This document shows positions 19,792-29,900 of a stretch of DNA of 64,000 nt, piece after piece. The stretch's first letter is position 1; each line of letters begins with the position of its first letter. The stretch is taken from assembly GCA_963677895.2 (NCBI GenBank), contig CAXXGJ010000038.1, forward strand, positions 320,001 through 384,000, given 5' to 3'. The notes beneath the pieces are model-generated. The model saw nothing but the letters and a program-made list of their open reading frames with translations, was not told the origin of the DNA and made no database searches. Both the position numbers and the translations under genes were made by a program. This DNA is from Treponemataceae bacterium. Its GTDB lineage: Bacteria; Spirochaetota; Spirochaetia; Treponematales; Rectinemataceae.

Positions 19792-20538
19792 TCAATCCGC
19801 GGCGATGACAAGGGCGCAGACATTTACGGCTCCGTTTTCGCGCAGGGCTTTCGCGCATGCCTCGATCGTGGCGCCCGTCGTGTAGACGTCGTCCACGAGA
19901 ACGACATCGGCCGGCATTCGGGAGACCCTGGCGGGAATGACCGAATAAGCCTTTTCGGCATTTGTCTTCCTCATCGCCTTGTTCAGCTTTTTCTGCTGAG
20001 CGCCGGCGTGCCGCTCGAGAATACGTTCGACGCGATAGCCTCGCTTCTCCAGCGCCGCGACGATAGCCTCCACCTGGTCCCATTCCCTCCGCCTTATCTT
20101 CTCGGGACGCGGAGGCACGGGAACGATGGTTCTGCCGGGCCAGCGGGCATCGATGACCTCGGACAGGATACCAGCCCAAAAGGGCGCGAGGGAGCGCCGT
20201 TTTGAGGACTTGTATTCCCTCACGAGAACGGCCGGCAACCCTACATACTTGAAGAGCGGGTAGATTTCGGAACAGGATCTCTCGATATCTCTGCATCCAT
20301 AACAAATATCCTGCTCGGAATAAAGCTCCTGGCCGCATTTCCCGCATCGCCGGCCGCCTATCCGCGTCAGTTTGGCCGCACAACGGACGCAAAGGGGAAT
20401 TGATGGAGAGGAGCTCGCCGTCGCCGCCGCTGCCGCCGCGTCCACGCGCCCGCCGCATATGGCGCAATAATGGGGAACTATCCATGCGGCGGCGGTCGAG
20501 ACCAAGGCTCTTATGACTTTTGCAGGCTTTACATACAT
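19792..20538 (-). CDS. comF: ComF family protein (zinc ribbon + PRTase fold)
   Basis: CAIC, CVRC, CGKC and CYGC Cys pairs; IVPVP and LVDDVYTTGAT motifs. Confidence 0.88.
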   Translation of the reverse strand: MYVKPAKVIRALVSTAAAWIVPHYCAICGGRVDAAAAAATASSSPSIPLCVRCAAKLTRIGGRRCGKCGQELYSEQDICYGCRDIERSCSEIYPLFKYVGLPAVLVREYKSSKRRSLAPFWAGILSEVIDARWPGRTIVPVPPRPEKIRRREWDQVEAIVAALEKRGYRVERILERHAGAQQKKLNKAMRKTNAEKAYSVIPARVSRMPADVVLVDDVYTTGATIEACAKALRENGAVNVCALVIAAD

Positions 20539-20559
20539 CAGCCTATGGACGCGTCCGAT

Positions 20560-20593
20560 GGAGCGCTTTGCTTCAGCGGAGCGCTTTGCTTCA
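20560..20593. repeat. 16-bp direct repeat (18-bp period) including the mutS stop codon
   Basis: ggagcgctttgcttca at 20560-20575 and 20578-20593. Confidence 0.8.
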
Positions 20594-23224
20594 ATTGAGC
20601 GTCGCGCGGAGTTCGGAAAGAAACTGAAGGGCTTCCAGCGGAGTCATGCGATCCGGATCGATGCCTCTGAGTTTCGCTATCGCCATGTCGTCGGCCGAGA
20701 ACAGCTCCCGCGAGGGCTGCCGCTCTTTGATCCGAGGCGGGGGCGCGACGGCGAGGGGTTCGGCTTCCGCCAGCGGCGAGAGGCTCCGCTCGAAACTGAC
20801 GAACCTTTTCTGTAGCGCCTTGGCCCGGGCGAGGACTTCATCGGGAATGCCAGCCAGCCTGGCGACATGGAGTCCGTAGGACCCGGCCGCCGGCCCTTCC
20901 TTAAGCCGTTTCAAAAAGACGATTTCGCCCTCGTTTTCTAGGACGGCCATGCTGAGATTGACCAGATGGGGATGCATTATCGAAGTGAGTTCGTGGTAAT
21001 GGGTGGCGAAAAGCGTCCTGCAGCGCACGGCGTCCAGAAGCTGCTCGCTCACCGCCCAGGCGATGGAGACTCCGTCGAGCGTCCCGGTTCCCCTTCCCAC
21101 CTCGTCCATGATGACAAGGCTTCGTGGAGTCGCCGTATTGAGGATGTAGGCCGTTTCGTGCATCTCCACGAGGAAGGTGCTCTCTCCCCTCGCGAGATTG
21201 TCCTGGGCGCCCACGCGGCAGAATATCTTGTCCGTGATCCCTATTCTGGCCGTTTCCGCCGGCACGAAGGAACCGATATGGGCCATGAGGGTGATGAGAG
21301 CTGTCTGCCTGAGGATCGTGGACTTTCCCGCCATGTTGGGTCCGGTGATGAGCGCGAAGCAGGCGCCTTCCGTATCCAGTTGCAGGTCGTTCGGCACAAA
21401 ATCGCCCACGGGGAGGCAAGCCTCCACGACAGGATGGCGTCCCTGCTTGATCGATATGACCGACTCTTCGAGGAGTTCAGGCCTGCAATAGGCCCCCTCC
21501 GTGGCCGTTTCGGCAAACGAGGCGAGGCAATCGGTGGCGGCGATGACGCGCGCCAGGCGTTCCATCGACTCTATATGGATTTTCAGGCTTTCCCTGACTT
21601 CGAGGAAGAGCCTCTTTTCCAGCTCGGCGATTTTCTCCGTGGCGCCGTTGATTTCGCTCTCTATTTCGGCCAGTCGATCGGTCGTGTAGCGCTCGCCCGC
21701 GACGAGGGATTGGCGCCGGATGAAGTGCGCCGGCACGGCGTCGATCTTGCCCTTGGACACTTCGAGATAGTATCCGATGATTTTATTGTAGCGTATCCGA
21801 AGATTCTGGATGCCTGATCCGTTCTTTTCCTCCTCGAGATATTCCTCGAGAATCTGGTTGGAATCCTTCTTTACGGAACGGAGATGATCCAGATCCGCGC
21901 TGTAGCCATCCATCATAAGATTGCCCTCGGTGAGGAGAATGGTGGGATCTTCCTTGATCGAACGCTCGACGATGTCCGAGACCAGCGCGCAGCCTTTCTC
22001 GACTTCCTCGTCCAGGCCCTCGGTGAGAAGAGCGGGCGCGCCCCTGCCTTTCAGCAGGCTGCCTATGGAGAGCGAAGCCCGCAGAGAATCCCCGAGGGCC
22101 AGAAGGTCTTTGGCATGGGCTTTATCCATGGCGAGACGCGCGATGAGCCGTTCGGAATCCAGGACGGCGCCCAGTCGCCTGCGCAGGTCGTTGAGGAGAA
22201 GCTGGTCCCTATAAAGGTATTCCACAGCATCCAGCCGGGCCTCGATGATCTCTTTGCGCCTCAGCGGCTGGAGAATCCATTGCCTCAGCAGCCTGAATCC
22301 CCCGGCGGTTTTCGTCTTGTCCAGCACCGAAAGCAGCGTATCCCGCTTCCCCGAATCGGACAGGTTCCTAACGAGTTCCAGGTTCCTGCGGGTGGCTTCA
22401 TCCAGCGAAAGATGATCGTCCCGGTCATAGGGAAGAAGGGATCTGATATGAGGACTTCGCGTCTTGGCGTTCTCGTCCAGGTATTCCAGAAGAATCCCCG
22501 CGGCGGCCAGTTCCGGCGCATCGTCGGAAAAACCGAAACCTTTCAGGGAGGCTACGCCGAAACGTTCCTTGAGTTCCCCCAGCGCTTTCGTCCTGTCGAA
22601 GCTCCAGTCCGGGCGGCGTTCCACGAGGATTCCTTCCATTTCCCGGATGATCGCTCCCATCTCGGGACGCTCGTACAAAGACTGCTGGATGATGATTTCC
22701 CTCGGCGCCAGCCTGTACAGCTCGGAACGAAGGAATTCGGCCCCAGATCCGGCTCCTGCTCCTACCCCGCCCTCGTCCGGACTGGAATAAGCCCTGAATT
22801 CGCCGGTGGACACATCGAGACAGGCAACGCACATCCGCCCCTCGAGGCTGCAAAGGCTTGCCAGATAGTTATTGGACGCGTGATCGATGAAATCTTCCTC
22901 GATGGTCGTCCCGGGCGTCACGACTTCGATGACGTCGCGCTCAATTATACCCTTGGAGCCTGGCGCCGTGAGCTGTTCGCAGATGGCTACTTTCTTGCCC
23001 GCCTTGAGCAGCCTCGCGATGTAGGGCTTGTATGCGTGATAGGGAATCCCGCACATGGGCTGCCCCTGCCTTTTCGTGAGCGTGAGATCGAGGAGGGAGC
23101 TGGCCACGATCGCGTCGTCGAAAAACATCTCGTAAAAATCCCCGAGACGAAAAAAGAGGATGGCGTCGCGATAACGCGCTTTAATCCTGCGGTATTGATC
23201 CAGCATTGCAAGGCGTTCAGGCAT
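20591..23224 (-). CDS. mutS: DNA mismatch repair protein MutS
   Basis: RLGDFYEMFF mismatch-binding motif, GPNMAGKST P-loop, STFLVEM, DEVGRGT and FATHYHEL. Confidence 0.98.
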   Translation of the reverse strand: MPERLAMLDQYRRIKARYRDAILFFRLGDFYEMFFDDAIVASSLLDLTLTKRQGQPMCGIPYHAYKPYIARLLKAGKKVAICEQLTAPGSKGIIERDVIEVVTPGTTIEEDFIDHASNNYLASLCSLEGRMCVACLDVSTGEFRAYSSPDEGGVGAGAGSGAEFLRSELYRLAPREIIIQQSLYERPEMGAIIREMEGILVERRPDWSFDRTKALGELKERFGVASLKGFGFSDDAPELAAAGILLEYLDENAKTRSPHIRSLLPYDRDDHLSLDEATRRNLELVRNLSDSGKRDTLLSVLDKTKTAGGFRLLRQWILQPLRRKEIIEARLDAVEYLYRDQLLLNDLRRRLGAVLDSERLIARLAMDKAHAKDLLALGDSLRASLSIGSLLKGRGAPALLTEGLDEEVEKGCALVSDIVERSIKEDPTILLTEGNLMMDGYSADLDHLRSVKKDSNQILEEYLEEEKNGSGIQNLRIRYNKIIGYYLEVSKGKIDAVPAHFIRRQSLVAGERYTTDRLAEIESEINGATEKIAELEKRLFLEVRESLKIHIESMERLARVIAATDCLASFAETATEGAYCRPELLEESVISIKQGRHPVVEACLPVGDFVPNDLQLDTEGACFALITGPNMAGKSTILRQTALITLMAHIGSFVPAETARIGITDKIFCRVGAQDNLARGESTFLVEMHETAYILNTATPRSLVIMDEVGRGTGTLDGVSIAWAVSEQLLDAVRCRTLFATHYHELTSIMHPHLVNLSMAVLENEGEIVFLKRLKEGPAAGSYGLHVARLAGIPDEVLARAKALQKRFVSFERSLSPLAEAEPLAVAPPPRIKERQPSRELFSADDMAIAKLRGIDPDRMTPLEALQFLSELRATLN

Positions 23225-23228
23225 AGGC

Positions 23229-23261
23229 TTGAATTATACGTATCGGACGGTTACTCTACAA
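23229..23261. promoter_or_regulatory. Overlapping divergent sigma70-type promoters (mutS and STAS gene)
   Basis: Minus: TTGTAG(23261-56)-N17-TATAAT(23238-33). Plus: TTGAAT(23229-34)-N17-TACTCT(23252-57). Confidence 0.6.
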
Positions 23262-23310
23262 GGCGAAAAAACGCTTCCAGCGGACTGGAATGGAACGAAA
23301 GAAGAAGGTT

Positions 23311-23802
23311 ATGACAGCAGAGCAGATTTTTTTCGGTTTAAAGGATTCGAATCTCGTCATCATCCCAGTCGGTCATATCACGGCCACGCTTTGCCCGGAA
23401 CTCAAGGTCAGGCTTCAGGCGCTGCTTGGGCCGGACTCAAACCTGCGCTCACTGCGTTTCGATTTCTCCGACTGCCTCTATATGGACTCGACATTCCTGG
23501 GTCTCATCGTCTATCTAGCCAAGACGACCCATAATCTCGGAATCGGCCAGCCTGTAATACATCACGCCAACACGCAGTGCATGAGCCTATTCAGAACCAT
23601 GGGAATGACGAAAATGCTGGAGTTCTCCGACGAATCCTGCCCGGAGCCCGCGGAAAAGACGGAACTCACGGCGCAGGAGGCGCTGAACGTCAGCTTCCTT
23701 CTGGATGCCCACAAGGAGCTGAGCATGCTTTCGGCCGAAAACGAAGAACGATTCCGCTCCCTGACTTCAGCCCTCGCGGACAGCCAGAACCAGGAAGACT
23801 GA
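23311..23802 (+). CDS. STAS-domain anti-sigma factor antagonist
   Basis: FDFSDCLYMDSTFLGL STAS motif with the phosphorylatable Ser; C-terminal LLDAHKEL..N..RF helix. Alternative start at 23290. Confidence 0.8.
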   Translation: MTAEQIFFGLKDSNLVIIPVGHITATLCPELKVRLQALLGPDSNLRSLRFDFSDCLYMDSTFLGLIVYLAKTTHNLGIGQPVIHHANTQCMSLFRTMGMTKMLEFSDESCPEPAEKTELTAQEALNVSFLLDAHKELSMLSAENEERFRSLTSALADSQNQED

Positions 23803-23807
23803 GCGCT

Positions 23808-24353
23808 TCACCGGGAAGCGGGAATCGCCTGTATGACCTTGTCGGTTATGTCGATGGAGGCGCTGTTCCACAGCACCACGCTCGCGTTCTGATCCTGGGG
23901 CTTGAGATTCAGCACAAGGGAATAACCTTCGGCTTCGGCCACTTTAGCGATCGTAGAGCCGAGCTTTTGCACGAATGAAGCGCTTGAGCTCAGCGCCTTG
24001 GCGAGAAGATCCAGCTCATTCTGCCTGGCGCTGACATATTCCTTCAAAGCTTCCGTTTTTTGTTCAATCTCCCGTGTCAGGTCGAAAGCCCGGTCGCCTT
24101 CGCCGAAGGTATCGGCATTGGCCTTTTTACTCTGCAGATTCTTGATTTCGGCCGCTCTCCTGTCCACCTCAGCCTGGATTTCCGCTTTTTTCGCCTCGAA
24201 GTTCTTGAGGGCGGCGGTATCGGCGGGAAAAGCCGACAGGACTCGGGCGAGGTCGACGACGGCTACGCGCGTTATCTGCTGCGACACGACAGGAGCCGTC
24301 GCCAGGATGAGAAAAATCACGCATATCGTTCCCGCTTTCGCTATCTTATTCAT
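23808..24353 (-). CDS. skp: OmpH/Skp periplasmic chaperone
   Basis: Signal peptide, RVAVVDL, coiled coil, VAEAEGYSLVL and DITDKVI; GGAGG RBS; directly downstream of bamA. Confidence 0.88.
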   Translation of the reverse strand: MNKIAKAGTICVIFLILATAPVVSQQITRVAVVDLARVLSAFPADTAALKNFEAKKAEIQAEVDRRAAEIKNLQSKKANADTFGEGDRAFDLTREIEQKTEALKEYVSARQNELDLLAKALSSSASFVQKLGSTIAKVAEAEGYSLVLNLKPQDQNASVVLWNSASIDITDKVIQAIPASR

Positions 24354-24439
24354 GTCCTTACCTCCATGCATCCGCGCCGATACCCCGGCGATGCCTGTCG
24401 CCATGCGACAGGCGGTCCCAAGCGATTGCCGGTCCCCGA

Positions 24440-26950
24440 TCAATAGAGCGGCTGCGTTATGCTGAGCACGAAATCGAAGTCCGTGCCCGTGGTCTTCCAG
24501 GTTATAGCCGAACCGTCGAAGGTGAAACGCTTCGCGAAATAGAATCTGAAGGGGAACTGGGGGATGGTAAACCTGAATCCCAGGCCCGTGCTGAAAGCGA
24601 AATTCTCCCACGAAAGGCTGTTGGATCCGGTGGCGGCAGGCGTCGACAAGGTCATATCGACCATGCCGTTCCTCGTCTTCATGGCGCCCGCGTCCACGAA
24701 AAGATCCATCCAGAGCATCTGGTCTATCACCGGCATTCTCAGCTCCAGGGAATTCTCCCAGAGCATCGTGCCTTTCGAGCCGTACAGATCGTCCCATCCG
24801 CGCACGTTGAAGGTTCCATCGAGACTCACCCAATCTTTCGTGACCCTGAAGTCGGCCCAAGGCTCGGCCATGAGCGCCTGGAAGCCGGAATGGGCCATCA
24901 GAACCCATTTAAATTTCCAGGTCTCGCTGAGAGGAATGGTGAAAAGCGTCGCGTAGCCGTCCAGGCGGGTTTCGGACTTGATATAGTGCTGGCGCTCGAA
25001 AGGAAGGAATCCGGTGACGGTCATGCGCTGACTGGCGTAATAGCCCGTGGAGGGGTTGTACCAGTAGTCCAGATTGTTCAGGTAGGCGCGGCCATAGATC
25101 CTGTTGGTGAGCAGCCAGTCCTGGTTGGTCTCGCGGAACTCGGCTTCGTAAGGCCTGTACTTATCCTCGTCGTAATTGATCATGCCCAGACCTGAGGACA
25201 GGCCGCCCGTCGCTCCGAGATCACCTATCCTTGTCTTGAGGGTGTATCCAAGATTGAAACCCAGGCTGAAATCCCAGTTTTCATAGGGCATGAGATACTG
25301 GTCAGGGACGGAGGAAAGCGAGCCGCTCCATTCGTTCGTGCCGCTGCCGATCCCCACGAAAGGATCGGGGATATCCTGGTTCGTGAATACGGGGCCGAGA
25401 ATATCTTGTCCCGTCGTTTCAGTGCTATGCCCTACTTTCAGGCTCAGGCCGCGCGAGATCCTCTTGTTGAGGAGCCAGCTTTCGCTGAATGAAGTTTCCA
25501 CCGACTGTTCCGTCGGCGAGAGCGTCACATTGGCCTGGAGGTTCTGACCATTGCCGCCCAGGTTCCTGTCATTCCATTTTACGTAGCCGGAGAGCGGGAA
25601 AGAGTCGCTTTGGCCCAGACCGCTCAGCGTGACGCCGAACTGGACTTCAGCAGTGCTCATCTCCTCGACGTTGACGACGAGGTCCATCAAGTTTTCGGCG
25701 CTCCCCTGGTGGATCTCAGGCTCCACCGCGGAGAAATACTGAAGATTATACAGATTCCGAAGGCCGTCTATGATTTTTGCCTTGGAGAAAATATCTCCCG
25801 CCTCCAGCGGCACTTCTCTGGCCAGGACGAATTCCTTGGTTTTCTCGTTGCCCTTGAAGCTCAGGTTTTCGATGTGGGCCCTGTCGCGTTCGGTCACGGT
25901 TATCGTGAACAGGATGGAACCGGCGTTCTCGTCTCTCGTCTCCGCCAGGTTGATCTGGTTGAAGATGTATCCTGACTCATAATAGAGATCGTCAATCTTC
26001 TGTTTTTCCAGCTGGAGCTTCTTGTAGTTGAGGACGGAGCCCTGCTTCAGGGTGACGAGGCCCTTAAGCTTGTCCTCGGCGAATACCTTGTTTCCCTCGA
26101 AGGCCATGCCGCCGTATTTCCACTGTCTGCCTTCGGAAAGGGCCAAGGTAAGTATCAGCCAGTTTTTGCCCGTGGCAGCGTCTTTTTCATATTCCTTGAA
26201 TACATCGATGATCTTGGCGTCCACAAAGCCCTTGGACTGGTAATAATCGATGATCGCTTTCTTGCTCTCCTCAAGCTTGGTCTCCTGGAAGGCTCCACTC
26301 TGGAAAAGAGCCGCTTCCTTGAGCGTCATTTGCCCTTTGAGCGTCTTGGCTGACATCGACGTGTTGCCCGTGAACTTGATCGTTCGGAGGGAGACCTGCA
26401 CGCCTTCGACCGCCTTGAAGGTCAGGATCAGGAGCGAAGGATCAGCCGAAGCCGTCGCTTCGTGAGTGACAAGGGCGTCCGGATAGCCCTTTTCGTTATA
26501 GAGTTTCTTGATGGCCACATCGTCGAGGTTGGCTTTTGTAGGATTGTATATATCGCCTGATTTGACGCCGATCGCTCCCAGAATGTCCGAGGACCTGACT
26601 CCCGCGTTGCCGCTTACGCGCACGGAGAGGACCGAAGGCTTTTCCTTCACCACGAAACGAAGAATGAGCTGCTCTTTCGAGTCTTCGATCCGCACGGCGA
26701 GGGGTTCTATCGTTTCGAACCATTCGAGTTCATACAGCCTCGACTGCATCTCAAGCCAAAGATCGGGCGTGAATGGCTTGCCTATGTAATTGCGGAGGAG
26801 AGCGTCCAGTTCGTTCTTGTTCGCTTTCTTGATTCCATCCCACTGCACGGACTGGATGGACTTGTCCCAGAACCATTCTTCCGAGGATTCCTGCGCGCCC
26901 ACCATACCGAAAGCCAGGATCAGGACAATAGCCAGCAATGTTTTTCTCAT
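24440..26950 (-). CDS. bamA: Outer membrane protein assembly factor BamA
   Basis: Signal peptide, POTRA-type repeats (GN..T/V..., YQSKGF, YYESGY, LYNLQYFS), N.LGGNGQ barrel start, VRGW loop motif and C-terminal Tyr. Confidence 0.95.
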   Translation of the reverse strand: MRKTLLAIVLILAFGMVGAQESSEEWFWDKSIQSVQWDGIKKANKNELDALLRNYIGKPFTPDLWLEMQSRLYELEWFETIEPLAVRIEDSKEQLILRFVVKEKPSVLSVRVSGNAGVRSSDILGAIGVKSGDIYNPTKANLDDVAIKKLYNEKGYPDALVTHEATASADPSLLILTFKAVEGVQVSLRTIKFTGNTSMSAKTLKGQMTLKEAALFQSGAFQETKLEESKKAIIDYYQSKGFVDAKIIDVFKEYEKDAATGKNWLILTLALSEGRQWKYGGMAFEGNKVFAEDKLKGLVTLKQGSVLNYKKLQLEKQKIDDLYYESGYIFNQINLAETRDENAGSILFTITVTERDRAHIENLSFKGNEKTKEFVLAREVPLEAGDIFSKAKIIDGLRNLYNLQYFSAVEPEIHQGSAENLMDLVVNVEEMSTAEVQFGVTLSGLGQSDSFPLSGYVKWNDRNLGGNGQNLQANVTLSPTEQSVETSFSESWLLNKRISRGLSLKVGHSTETTGQDILGPVFTNQDIPDPFVGIGSGTNEWSGSLSSVPDQYLMPYENWDFSLGFNLGYTLKTRIGDLGATGGLSSGLGMINYDEDKYRPYEAEFRETNQDWLLTNRIYGRAYLNNLDYWYNPSTGYYASQRMTVTGFLPFERQHYIKSETRLDGYATLFTIPLSETWKFKWVLMAHSGFQALMAEPWADFRVTKDWVSLDGTFNVRGWDDLYGSKGTMLWENSLELRMPVIDQMLWMDLFVDAGAMKTRNGMVDMTLSTPAATGSNSLSWENFAFSTGLGFRFTIPQFPFRFYFAKRFTFDGSAITWKTTGTDFDFVLSITQPLY

Positions 26951-26969
26951 GTATGTTCCCTTAGGTAAT

Positions 26970-29900
26970 CTAATACACATATCGCCAGCTCAGGCTCAAT
27001 TCCTGCCCGGTGACGAGAGAGCCTTCGTCTATGGAAGGCGTGATGCTCCAATTAATAAGGCCTATTGGCGAATCCAGTTCGATGCCGAATTCGGAGTCTA
27101 GACGTAAACGCGACGAACTCACAAGGGGGTCCTCGCGGAACTTCAGACCGGCATGGAGGAAGGCCGAATCGGTTATATATTTCCCGACATAGAGCTCGCT
27201 CTGATCCAGATAGCGCGCCAGAGGATCCTCGGGATTCGCTTCGGTGGCCGGCTTCGTAAGGTCGAGAAGCCAGCGCTGCATGAAGGACGAACGTATGAAC
27301 ACGATATCCAGACCAAGCGCGGTCTGTACTTTCCTTTCGAATGACTTGAAAATATTGAACTGGGGAATGAATTCCGAGGAGGCGATGGCGGCTTCCCTTA
27401 TATTGAGGGTTTCGGATGTATCGGCGGCCAGGACTCCGCCCGACATCATCGCGATCAGCTGGGTTTCGCTGTAGAAAGGCACCGAACTGAGCGTGGGATT
27501 CAAATGCTCCAGAGGCGAGTTTTCGGCGTTCAGCATGATCTTGACGGTTCCGAGGGCGTTCGACTCCCTCAATTCCGCTACGGCTGTGATGAGAGGATTG
27601 AATTTCGTGCTGTTTTCAGAGAAATAGATGCTTCCGCTTTTCAGGAAGAAGCTTCGCAGATAATAGAGCACATAGCCCGTTCTGAGGTCGATTTTGCCGT
27701 CGAGGGAGAAATCCTGGGAGGAGGAATCGTACTGGAGCGTCAGATAGCTGCCTGGAGACGTGTAGCCCCGGACGAGCGGAATCTTGTTGTCGGGAAGGTA
27801 GACTTCGAGCTGCTTGCCGAAGGTCATCGCCGCCTTGATCCTGAAGGCCAACGCGTCGGGATCGACTGGGGCGGCGTTTTCCGGCTGGAATCCCTGCGGA
27901 TCGATCATGACCTGTCCTCTCTCGAGATACACGGACCCTTCGGCGACGAGGACGTCGTTTTCTATCGAAAGGACCATGTCCACCTGCGCCTTGGCATCCA
28001 CGACCGTTATACCAGCGATCTTGGTCGAAACGTTGACCACGCTGTCTTTCTGCGACACGACATTGAACTTGAGGTCGGTCAAAGCCCACTGATCCAGGAG
28101 GCCCGAGGCCGAGACCTCCACGACTCCCTTCTCCAGAGGCACCGTCGCGGGAGCCATTTCGATATTCTTGCCGGTAAAGTTGAGTGTCGTGGAGAATGGA
28201 CCCAGCTCGCCCAGCACCAATTCCCTGGATAGGATCTTGGCCTTTTTCAGGGTGAGCGCGCCGTTAATCTCCGGGTCGGATATAGGACCTTTGAGCGTCA
28301 GGTCGCCGGTCAGGACTCCATCGAGCAAGGAGATTTTTCCCGTCGGCAAAACCGAACTGAATTTCTTCAGATCGATCTCGAGATTTTCCATGGATGCGGT
28401 CACGATATTACCCGACATGGTCCCCTTTATGTTTGCGGAAACGGGAAATCTATCCTTCATTGTAACTTCGAAGGCTCCATCGGCGGCAATATTCGCCGTC
28501 AGCGCTCCCCTGTCGCCTTCAAAGGAGAGGTTCCCGTTCCCGTATGTACCAGAAAACTCCCAGCGATCCACTAAAGTTTCACGATATTTCGCATTTAGTA
28601 TCTTTCCGGAGAATTCGGCGGAAAAACCCTTGTTTTCCGCGCTCGCGTTAGCGGATGCGTCGGCGGATGCCCCATGTACCCGAGCCTCGGCGACGACGCT
28701 GGTCTCCAGGCGTTCGCTCCCCAGCACCGTCCTGTAGTCAAAGCTGAGATTTATCCTGCCTTCGGCCGGCAATATCGCCGCGCTGATATTTTCCGCCTGG
28801 TGATTCAGATAATCAATCTTGGGCGAAACGATCTTGAGAAGACCATTTTCAAGCGATCCGGAAGCCGTCATCTTGATGGGGATGTTCCTATACTCTCCCC
28901 CGATCAATTTAGCGTCTAGCTTGACGGGAGGCAGGATTTTCAAGTCCAGCTGATCCAGCTTTATCGCCGCCCGATCGATCGGCCCCAGGATGCTTATGGT
29001 TCCCTCAATCGCGCCCTTTATGTCTTTTTTGACATATCGCTCGAGCGGGAAGCCCGCGATGCCTATTTTCGCGTCGAGGATGCCATCGATATAGGTCGCG
29101 TTTACGTTGTACGTCTCAACGGCGTTCTTCGCGCTCCTCAGCGATCCATCCAGGGTAATGGTGGGTTTCGTAAGCAAGTTTTTATACCCGACGTTCAGAT
29201 ACCCCGAAAGTCCATAGTCCTTGCCCGTAACCGTCAGCGTGCCGACATCCAGCTTGCCTTCGCTGATCTTTACTCCTTTCATACCAAGCGTCGGATACTC
29301 GTTCTCGCCTTCATATTCATAGCGGAGACCGACCTCGTCTCCGTCGATCTGCCAGACTTTATCGGCGCCAAGGGTCCCGCGAAGCGAAAGATCTCCATAG
29401 ACCAGGCCATCGGCCATCGTCAATGGGAAGCCCTTAGCCTTAAGAGCACCCTTGTACGTGCCGTCGTCGCCGATCAGCACTTCGCCCTCAAGCCCATAAT
29501 CGCCATTAAACCTTACCAGACCCTTTTCATAGACTCCTTCCAATCCATAATTCATCCCCCGGAATCCGACATCTCCTGCGAACTTGATACCGGCGCCATA
29601 CTCGCCCGTGCCTTTCACGCTGATATTTTCCGCGCCCGTCTCGAGATTCAATTCCTTGATCTCAAACCGGCTTCCATCCCCTATGCCGGAACCCTTTACG
29701 ATTACCTTGCCGCTTTCGAGCTCCAGTTCCCCTTTCAGATTTCCGACAGCCCAGGCGACCTTCTCATAGTCTCCGCTGAGGCTGAATCCTCCGCTGACAA
29801 GGGCTTTTTTAAGCCCAATTTCGGGAACCTTGAGCCCAAATACCTCCGCGAGCCGCAGCAGGCCCATGATCTCGGTATCCTGAAGGCTCATGCGTCCTTC

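Noticed and set aside
24365..24415. Small hairpins between bamA and skp
   Set aside because: GC-rich stems without a U tract; not enough evidence to call a terminator or ncRNA.
24354..24908. Long N-terminal extension of the Skp ORF
   Set aside because: Overlaps bamA in another frame; RBS and signal peptide indicate the start at 24353. Similar over-extensions were trimmed for greA, lptG, rbfA, rimP, murI, hemW, smpB, rsmD and the mrfB-like gene.
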